Origin: Azolla caroliniana
Taxonomy: Eukaryota; Plantae; Polypodiophyta
DNA: 64,000 bases
Assembly (NCBI GenBank): GCA_043228905.1
Contig: JBHGNT010000020.1
Coordinates: forward strand, 13,950,001-14,014,000
Reading direction: 5' to 3'
The first letter of the stretch is position 1, and every line of letters starts with the position of its first letter. A model generated the notes under the pieces. The model searched no databases, was not told where the DNA came from, and saw only the letters and a program-made list of their open reading frames with translations. Position numbers and translations under genes: made by a program. Below, piece after piece: positions 54,410-64,000 of the stretch.

Positions 54410-54690
54410 ATACATTTCAATGAAGTGATTAGTATATATTTTCTCCTTCAAATTTAGCTATATAGGATATATTTCAATGAAGTGATTAGTATATATTTTC
54501 TCTTTCAAAATTAGCTATATAGGTTATATTTCGATGAAGTGATTAGTATATATTTTCTCCTTCAAATTTAGCTATATAGGATATATTTCAATGAAGTGAT
54601 TAGTATATATTTTCTCCTTCAAAATTAGCTATATAGGTTATATTTCAATGAAGTGATTAGTATATATTTTCTCCTTCAAATTTAGCTATT
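54410..54690. repeat. 57-bp tandem repeat, about 5 copies
   Basis: Unit ATTTCAATGAAGTGATTAGTATATATTTTCTCCTTCAAATTTAGCTATATAGGATAT. Confidence 0.95.
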
Positions 54691-57600
54691 TAACAAGCTA
54701 AAAGTCTAGTTAGAATTTGTATTTCACCTTTCATGCCTCCATATTTTCAACATTGCGATAACAAGTTGGCTTAAAGTTTGTTTACATTTTGACTCTCCAT
54801 CAACATTAGTTTCTGATGCATACACATCAAGGTGTGTTCACAAATCTTATTGAAGTAGGCTCAAAGGTAAGCTTCTGCAATAAGACACATGTGCAAATAT
54901 GTGATCCTTAGTTGTAGGTCTCTCGCGAAGGAATATTTAAATTACGACCAAGCTCCATAGTTCATTTGTGCCATGAATTATCCTTGGCAACTAGATTGAT
55001 GTTGCACATTGTTTGTTTCACAACTAATTTCTAGAAGGGAGATTATGCCCTCAAAGTCTCGGCAAATGGGTGGGCCAATTTCTTTGAGAATGAATTGGTG
55101 CAACATAAACATGATTACGACTAGAGAGGTGACTCAATTAATTACTAGATAAAACACTTGATCTCACCAAAGTATTAATTAGAGGATTTTTCCCATTCAA
55201 TAATGCATGGATGATGGAGTGGCTTATTTGGTTGGTAAAAGTGAAATACCAAGTTCTTCTACATGAGCATGGGCAAATGCAAGATTCCTACTTCTCATTG
55301 TTAGTGTAATTTGTTAACAAAGCAACATGACCCTTAGTTTAAAGAGAAACTACAAGTATCCTTCTATCTAAAAACATATTATTGCATCTCCCAAGATCGT
55401 TTCTCTTGTGACTTTAAACACTTGGCTTGTTAGGACATGTTTGAATTTTGAGCTAATTTGTAATTTTCGAGCAAGTGACACCTTCAAGTTAAATTCATAT
55501 GTTAAGAATTGTCGAAAATAAAGGAAAGAGTTGTAGCCATTGAAAGCATTACTATGGCCATTGTACTCATTCCTAAATTATAAGATATGATAATTATATG
55601 AAAAATATTCATTGCCTTCCAAACTAAAATGCTTACATTAGATATCTAGGAAGATATCTAGACTTCAAAGTCCAATTCTCAAACTTCTTTCCTTGTGTTC
55701 AGTCATATTGAAACTCAATTAGTACGATATTAACGTGATTGCATGTGTATGTGTGCATACACAACTTTTGAGAACTATTTGCGATTGTTTAAAAGATATT
55801 GTTGGCTTGATAAAGTACATTTACCTAATCTCGGCTCAAGGATATGCTTATCATTATATTGGCCTTGTGGAACAAGATTTTATTTTTAAATCAACACAAT
55901 ATCAAGTCACAGTTGTTTAACCTCCATGACTATGAGTACACCATCAATTGCACATGAGAGAGTTTATCCATCTTACCACTATGACAAATGACATTGCGGA
56001 TGGCATCATGAGTAATGTGCGGAAGAGTTGGGACTTCTATTAATTTGCAAGTTCAATCCTCATTTGCAAATACTTAAAAAAGGCTACTTAAAGAAGGAAA
56101 GATGAGAATATGCAGACATAGGGGATTACATGTTGAAGCACAATATGAGGCATTTGCATGTCTATTATATCACTCAACCATGACATGTTAAAGCGCAAGC
56201 TGAAGTGATCACCTTTACACATCATTCACTAGTTAAACATAATAGGCAATTGTGTAACAAACAAACTATTGCTTATGTTTCATCAACTTGCATCACTTAT
56301 ACTTCGTAAGTGAGATCATATAAAAAAATTGGCTTGTTCGTGGTAAAAATCACACTTTGTTCAAGTTACACATCATGAATAATAAAATGGCATACTTACT
56401 CATCATGAAATTATAAGTCAAACATGTAAATAATGCAAGTACTTTACTAAATATAGTTGAGATGCACAAATATGTCTACATCCATAATTAAATGGTCTAA
56501 TTACATAATCTAGCTCTAGTTTTTTTATCTTCTATGAATACCCACAATGGCCTTACCCACGATGTCTCTACGAGTTTAGTTTCTCACATTTAGAAATGGT
56601 ATGTTCTATGGGTACAAATCCACACAGCTAAGAAAACATGATTGTTTCAACTTTCCACTTATCCATGCTTTAATGTTATATCATCAAGTCCCAATTGGAT
56701 TAACACTTCGATCAAGAGCTCGTGCATCAAAATATCAAGTACTTAGCTCTCTATAACAATGCTCATAAAATATACAAACATTTTACTTTATTTTCTATCT
56801 TTAGAGTTGATCAAATGAAAGCAAAACTTTATAATTTGATATTTTCAATGCAAATGTGAATTGTAAATTTTTTGGGTATGGAAATGGTATTCCTTCTTGG
56901 AAGAGTGTAGAGTGTCTTTCATTTGCATGAATCCAAGATATAATCAATGAAATGACTCAAGACTTGTGAACAAATATTTATATATGAAATATTTACTTAC
57001 AATCGTATTAAATTTGGTCTAGACTCTTAGCTATTAAAATTTTGCATTCTGAGATAAGGATTACAAGAGCATGCCTACGTTTACAAACCGGTGAACTTAA
57101 ACTTTTGTTTCTTGGCACAAGTGAAAATTGCAAACATGTGCAAATGTATGAAGTGGTAAACTGCAAATACGTCTCAGAGATGATGTAGGGGATGAAATCT
57201 AGATGTTGAATATTTGGTCTTAGATAGCAAAATATTATTTTTGACATTAGATAAAACAAATATGCCTAAATTTATGAAGTGGACATGCTTAGGACAATCT
57301 TTTACTTGTGACAAGGAACCCAAATTGAACTACAATGGAAAAACATCAAGAAAATAGTGGACATTGTCCATAAAACAATGTATTCAACCATGAACTTGAA
57401 ACCATTCAATCATAACGAAAGATCCAACCCACTTGTAAGCCTTATCTGAAGGAATTCATAGTCTTGGAGGAGCCTTACAAGTCTTGCTGAAGTTAGTCTT
57501 GGAGAAGCCTAAAAACAAGTGTTTGGACAAGAGTTCACATATTGATAGGGTATTGCCCCAAATATGTTCACTACATGACAATTTGGACATTGGCTAAGCA

Positions 57601-58263
57601 TCAAGGGAGGATTTTTATTGGACATGACCCTAAACCCTAAAGCACTAGAACAAAGTAAATGTGACTCCTTATCATCAAGCATGATAATCATTCGAGGCAT
57701 CACATTAATCTTGAGCTTTAATAGCTTCCATACATTCTCACATTGTTTTCTCTTACTAGCTCAACTTATTTGCACCTCAAAAGCATATCAACCTCCAGAG
57801 TTGCATATCCATGAGCGTACAAAGCATATCATCAGTAATTTCCTATAAATAAACATGGTCATCTTGGATCTAGTTAACCTTACAACAATAAGGTAACCAT
57901 TTTGATCAAACCTAGAAAGAACAATCAATACACTTCAAGACATGGAATGATATAATTCTATAGCTTATCCACATACAATAACAAGGAATAACAAGGTTTG
58001 TGTGTGCAGTAACTTTAACAAAGAATAGCTTCTCAAGCTCTCCATTGTTGCTGAAGCAACATACGAGCAACGATGTCAATGATACAATAGTTATAGGATA
58101 TAGAAACCCAAAATCTTTTAAGACGTTTCGAGAAGAAATTTATGACTTTCTCATCGAATTGTTTAAGTTTAGGAATTAGTTAAGAGTAAAGAATGCCATG
58201 CCCACTCCTGTGGTGTTCTCTCATTTAATCCTCTTTCCAAACACAGTTTTGTATACTCTAGTT

Positions 58264-59977
58264 TTATCTAATTGGACCACCCGAACTATCTTGGCGACCT
58301 TTGGATGTCAAGATCTTGAATGAATGGAAAGCTCGATGCTTGAGCTTCTTCTCCCACTCCGTAACTCTTGCCTCCATGGAGATCCACTGTCTCTTAGCTT
58401 TAGCTTCCATTAACAAGTGTTTGGACCGAACATTTCCAAAGCTTTGCCTTACATTCTTCTGCATTTCACTTGCTTTACATGATAGAGATGTCAGACCCCT
58501 GTTCCTCGCAATGCTTTGCCTTATGTTCATCTGCATTTCACTTGCTTTACATGATAGAGATGTCAGACCCCTATTGCTCGCATCCACAACAAGAGGAGCA
58601 CCCATCTTCATCAAGTTTAACGCTTCATAAGTGATAGATGTCAAAGCTGTGCAACAAATAAAGGAAAATGGAAAGAGAGTCAGAATTCTCTTGATTTCTG
58701 CCACTAACATTCACATAGTTGCTAATCTGTTCGATATAGTGAAACAATACAATAGGGCAGGATTCACGCCACAAATGGCACGCAAAATCAAAGAACTGAT
58801 GAAAGAACTTCCAAAGAGACAATTGTGAGTGCTGACATTGAGCAATATCCTGAGCCACATCGAGAAATATTAAATCCTTTACCGACCATATGACTATCCT
58901 TCAATTCGTCTCGTAATGTTGCAAGATGATATCCATATAACCTTATCTACTAGTGGTCTATGTGCAGCATTAAGCAGGATTGCTGCAGTTTTTCAGCTTC
59001 TCATTCCCTGTCATGTTTCCTTTTGTCGAGTTCTACTCCATCCCTGTGTTTTGAGCTGTTCATTATCCTAACAAGAAATACTCATTTTGGTCCTGTCCTC
59101 AAAATGTTTCACTACTCCCCATATGAATTGTAACAACTTCTCCATGTCTGTTCACCAGGTTTCCAAATTACATTGTATATCGTTTGGTTTGAGTGTGTAT
59201 AAACATATTATCCTCATATGGACTCATAGACATCTCTGCTTTATTGCTTAATAACTGTACAAGAAACAGTTTCGTATACAATTGCTTGATAAATAATAAG
59301 TGTACACAATCAATATATCACTTTCTAGACAGCATTCTTACCCACAAGAAACAAGTAAAAATTTTCTGTATCTTATCACTGGCCTCTTGTTGAGCTATCA
59401 CCTAAAGCTATACCATCGGAGCTTGGGGAAACCTTAGGGTTGGGTAAAATTTCCCAAACATGCCTACCAGCAACCCTTGAGCCAGAAACAGAGTTTCTAT
59501 GGACATTATTAATAAAGACAATAGAAATACAGGAAGCCTAAAAAGAAAGATTTAACCTTGAAAAGGGAGAAGAACTAATGCTTCCCAACATGGATATAGA
59601 ACACCAGCTTACGAGTGAAATTAACAGTGTTTCTATGGGCATATTAACAAAGATCTAGAAACAGGGGCAGTAAGGAAGAAAACAAAGACTTAGCAACAGT
59701 GGAAGCAGAGAAACCAAAAGAAAGGGTGAGTTTTACCTTGGTAAGGTAGAGAAATGAAGCCATGGGCAGGGAGGCCAAGGCCGAAACCAATGAAGGTGAG
59801 GCCGACACTGAAACCTAAGCCGCAACCGCTGCCGACAAAACCAATAGATTCAGGGCCATAGCCAGGACCCCATCCGACACCGCAACCGACTCCGATGCCC
59901 ATCCCCCAGAATGCCCCATATGTAGGATGCACAGGGTTCCATCTCTGGTACCTCCTAAACAAGCCATCCATTGACAT
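58264..59977 (-). CDS. AS8: Cadmium-induced protein AS8-like glycine-rich protein, 2 coding exons, ~207 aa
   Basis: Exon 59977-59737 (GLFRRYQRWNPVHPTYGAFWGMGIGVGCGVGWGPG...GLPA) splices in phase 1 to exon 58646-58264. Confidence 0.85.
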
Positions 59978-60044
59978 TCAGACTCTGATTCTTTTGCCTT
60001 TGTGTTTGTTCTTGGAGAGAGATGGTGGATGGATCTAAGTATTA

Positions 60045-60255
60045 TGCATGTATGTATGTATGTATGTTTGGGTTGGAGAATTGTGTTTCCTCTGCAGATA
60101 TGTGCAGGTATGTATGCATGTATGTATGTATGTTTGGGTGGGAGATTTGTGTTTCCTCTGCAGATATGTATGTAAGTATGTATGTTTGGATGGGAGAATT
60201 GTGCTTTCTCTGCAGAAATGTGCAGATATGTATGTATTTGCTTCCTCTGCAGAGG
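60045..60255. repeat. ~60-70 bp tandem repeat with (TATG)n core in the AS8 5' region
   Basis: TATGTATGTTTGG.TGGGAGA.TTGTGTTTCCTCTGCAGA.ATGT occurs 3 times plus a partial copy. Confidence 0.85.
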
Positions 60256-62271
60256 GTAATCACTAACAGAAAACACAGCATATAGGGGCTCATCCCACAT
60301 CTTAAAATGAAGCCAAGAGGGATTTGAACCTCCACACTCATCCAAACATATCTTTTTAGGCTTTACAACTTTTGGCCCCCACATCTCATCATAAGACCTA
60401 TATCTCTATCAAAGATAAGTCTCAAAATTAACCATGAGTCTTCTTCATTTTATCTCATTAATCGCTCATAACAACCTCATATAATCAGACAAAATGGGGA
60501 TGGTGGACTTACCCATACAATTTGCCTGGACCGAAGGCATTTTATGATCCAACCATTGTTGGCATATAGGTTGGTGCATCACGGAGAAATAGGGGATGAA
60601 TTGGTCATATAATTTGCCTAACCATGGGCATTCCATGAATTTGCGAAACTTGAGGACATTAGGGTAAATAAAGAGTCGAGTCTCTAATAGCCCTGAGTAT
60701 GCCCATTTATTTGATTATAGCTTTCTCCTTATTTAAAAATGTTTCGCATTGGAAAAGTGCCCAACTGGTGATTCGTGAACTCAACCTAAGTAGTAGTAAG
60801 CCAATAAAGAAAGAGAGAGACATGGCAAACATATGGCCAAATGGACCTACAAGACCGAAGTCACAACCATAATCCATGGCATAAGGTTGTGTTCACATGT
60901 GGTTGAAGGACCATGATGATCGCATGTTGAGTCCTTAGAGCTTGAGTAAAAACTAAAAACTTCACAATTTTATGCCAAGCCAATCTCAAACTAGTGCTCA
61001 CATAAGGGCGTAACTTGAAGATTGGCATTGTGAGCCCTTATCGGCGTACTAAAATAAAAAGTTACAAAATAATGTTAAGCCAATCTTGAACTACTATTCA
61101 TCCATCACAAAAAGGATCTCTATTTTTGTTTTCAATATGTTTTGCAAATGTGTCAAGAGTGTCAGCAATTGTGTTCAACCCATACAATTACAAGGTCATG
61201 ACACAAACCACTTTGATCCACCATCAAGGGGTAAAAAAAGAGTATTGTCTTGGATTTTCATTTAACTTTGTTGAAATTGTTCATAAACATCCTTTCTACT
61301 TTTTATCTCAACTTAGGTATTAACCATTATTGAAAATCATCCCATATTTTACCATGTTTTAGAAAATCCATTAGATAAACAATCGTGCATGGCTTCTCAT
61401 AAAAAGAGTTGGTTTTCAAAAGCTTTGAAAAAGTTGATCAAAATCTATCTTGCTTGTTGATGGGTAATATAAACTAGGCAAACAAAGGTATGAGGGTTGA
61501 AAAAAAGCTTGGATGATGACAATTTCAATACCATCAAAAGTAGGCATGTATGTGCATGTGGAAAACAAGAATGCAATGGCAAGGCACTTTGTTCATGATG
61601 GAAGAAGCTGAAATTTTGAGTAGGCACTCACTGATTTTACATGGAGAATTATTGTAGTAAGTGCAAGGATCAACACAAGGCTTTAAATTTGTCAACAAAT
61701 TCCCTTTTTTAATTGTTTAAGTTTTATAGTTTCAAGCCTTTTGGAAATATACTAGTCAAGTCAAAGATGCACAAGGGTAACCTTGTTTCATTATATATGA
61801 ATGTCCAAATTGCAATTATTATTTAATCCGTTTTGGACGATATAAGGGTGCAACTATGATTGTCGAAGTTGTGCTTGAATTGGAGTGATGCACTATCCGA
61901 AGAGGAATCCGAGAATTAGAGAAAGCAAGTGTAGAATTCAAGCATGTAAGTAATCCAAGAAAGCCCTATGGATATGGGGGATTTTATTGCTAGTGATACT
62001 CTATAATGTAATATATGCTATTTCCTACACATCATGTACATGTTTCTTAGGTTTTCACCATGACGTCAAGTGACACTCACAATTAGAGTTTTCAAAAAAA
62101 TTAAAACTCAAGCATCATTGAAGTACAAAATAAGCCACTACTAAAGGGAAGATAGGCTCTTAAGATATATACAAGGTTGTCAATTTGTCTATGTTAAGGA
62201 CTAATGACACATGAGGCGTAAACCATACACAAACTTGTGTGTAGAATGTGACGAATAGTGAGTTGTGTCAT

Positions 62272-64000
62272 TCAATGGTCTATAATAAAAGTTTCATCTT
62301 TTACAAAGTGAGGATCCAAGAACCTTGCCACAAAAGCCCAAAGTCTATAAACATCCTCAAAATTAGTGAAGAAACCAAGAGTGGCACTCACCACTCTAAA
62401 CCTTAATGGTGAGCTTAATTCATCATCAAGACATTGTATTACCTTTGTGCAATCCTCCTCATTAATGTGAGCGAGAACCCCTGTCCCAATGGAGATATTG
62501 TGAGCCCGTGCCATCTTTTGCACCATCATCGGTTTTATCAAACATCCATTACTATCAAATAGATTGAATGCCATTGATGCACCCCTCTCAAACTTCACCT
62601 TTGGTCCATATACATGTACCAAGGGTACATAGCTAGAGCTATTCGATGATGAATGTTCTACGAGATGGTGAAGCTTCAACATGGAGCTTACAAGCCAATT
62701 GATCAAAAACCCTAGCCTATCATTGGTCTTGTTTAACCCAAGTGCATCAGCATGGTTAAGACCTCGGCAATATATTTCTGGATCCCTTCTAACTACATTA
62801 AACATTGATGCATCATCCACGAGGTGATCGAGGTCACTATCACTTTCATAGCCATCATTGTCATCGTCATCATATAAGGATGACGAGAAATCTAAGCTAT
62901 CTTCACTACCATCAATATAGTTAAATGATGAGCTCTCATTGTCTACATTAAGGGTAAGGTGATTCTTCTTGGTATCTAGAGGCTGAGAGAATGACCCTGG
63001 ATCCGTTATAAATGCATTGGATCGGCGGTGGCGGGGGCCGAAAATCTCGTGACTATGATATGACAGCCAAGACCTCGTTTTATCAGTAGATTCGGTTTTC
63101 CGAGGGTTATGAATGGGCATTACAATATCCGATTGCCTTGAGGATTCCATCTCAGTCAAGGCACTTTCTTTAGAAGCAGTTGAGCTTTCACCGGGCTCAT
63201 ATCGCCGAAGAGATGGACTCAAGCACCCACTATTACATCGATTCGATTCTACGCTAGTCTCCCGATCATTGTAACTTAGGCTACTTTGCCCTTCTATAAG
63301 AAGGCTCTCCTCTAAGACCGACCTAGGGGTGAGAGGTCCGCCTATCTTACCCTTGGTTGCAAGGTCATTTATACTATCTCCATCTCCTTGAAACACATGG
63401 ATTGTTGGCAATGGTAATGCAGTGTCGAGATTTGATATAGCCTCGGCACTAGATTCAACGGAATCCTCTTTCATTTTAGAATGCTGACTCACATCAGCTC
63501 CATCCGACATAACCCCTTCGGGAATTGCCGAGTTTACTAGTCCGGAGAAAGCAATTTCAGCATGCCGAATGCTTCTTCTACATTCCCTCTTATGTGCCCT
63601 TCTCTCAATATAGTTGTAATTATGTACTTCTTCTTCTTCTTCTTCATCCACAACAATGGGTGCAACAAGCCTCACCATGCCCAGATTATTGCTCCTCGAA
63701 TCATGACCAGAGGATGGGCGGAGGATGCCCATGGACGAATTCTTGACAAAGAGGCACCCGAAGCCAGTCGGATCGGATCCAAAGACTTTGTAGAATGAAG
63801 TGACTATGAAATCGGGGCGGAACAGAGAGAGGCCGAGAGAGTCCATATCTTTGGGACCCGCCGCGGATGCATCGAGAAGCACATGCCAGCCGTTGTCTTG
63901 TGCCAGAGACATCCATTGGTACGAATACTTGGTGCCCGAAATCCGAGATTGAATGGGGAACACGAACAATCCCTTGTTCTCTTTCGGAACATCCGTCAAT
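62272..64000 (-). CDS. Molybdenum cofactor sulfurase-like PLP-dependent transferase (At5g66950/At2g23520-type), 5'-partial
   Basis: Uninterrupted 575+ aa frame with GLFVFPIQSRISGTKYSYQWM, GPKDMDSLGLSLFRPDF, SFYKVFGSDPTGFGCL, LVHVYGPKVKFERG and LGFFTNFEDVYRLWAFVARFLD. The frame is open at the window end. Confidence 0.93.
   Translation of the reverse strand, partial: LTDVPKENKGLFVFPIQSRISGTKYSYQWMSLAQDNGWHVLLDASAAGPKDMDSLGLSLFRPDFIVTSFYKVFGSDPTGFGCLFVKNSSMGILRPSSGHDSRSNNLGMVRLVAPIVVDEEEEEEVHNYNYIERRAHKRECRRSIRHAEIAFSGLVNSAIPEGVMSDGADVSQHSKMKEDSVESSAEAISNLDTALPLPTIHVFQGDGDSINDLATKGKIGGPLTPRSVLEESLLIEGQSSLSYNDRETSVESNRCNSGCLSPSLRRYEPGESSTASKESALTEMESSRQSDIVMPIHNPRKTESTDKTRSWLSYHSHEIFGPRHRRSNAFITDPGSFSQPLDTKKNHLTLNVDNESSSFNYIDGSEDSLDFSSSLYDDDDNDGYESDSDLDHLVDDASMFNVVRRDPEIYCRGLNHADALGLNKTNDRLGFLINWLVSSMLKLHHLVEHSSSNSSSYVPLVHVYGPKVKFERGASMAFNLFDSNGCLIKPMMVQKMARAHNISIGTGVLAHINEEDCTKVIQCLDDELSSPLRFRVVSATLGFFTNFEDVYRLWAFVARFLDPHFVKDETFIIDH

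Noticed and set aside
53200-57900. Possible decayed DNA-transposon (MULE/SWIM-like) coding remnants
   Set aside because: Only scattered Cys/His-rich fragments and no alignable domain by eye; this needs a translated search.
60290-60400. tRNA/SINE B-box-like GGTTCAAATCCC on the minus strand
   Set aside because: No convincing A box, cloverleaf or TSD.

Overview
This is eukaryotic land-plant genomic DNA, probably from a seed-free vascular plant such as a fern (inferred from gene and TE families, not proven). Six protein-coding genes can be modelled: an intronless replication-type histone H3, MPP6 (5 exons), a CaaX-ending plant protein with an ~8.1 kb TE-filled intron, a group-6-like remorin (5 exons), an AS8-like glycine-rich protein, and a molybdenum-cofactor-sulfurase-like PLP enzyme that runs off the window edge. 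The 19-47 kb region is TE-rich. It holds a decayed Copia, two chromodomain Gypsy elements, a full-length L1-type LINE with a 22-bp TSD, and four non-autonomous hAT-type MITEs with 8-bp TSDs. A second decayed Copia lies in the long intron. The most striking observation is a perfect 6-bp-stem/4-nt-loop hairpin followed by ACCA, 40 nt after the H3 stop codon. It has the architecture of the metazoan/green-algal histone 3' stem-loop, which land plants are generally thought to have lost.
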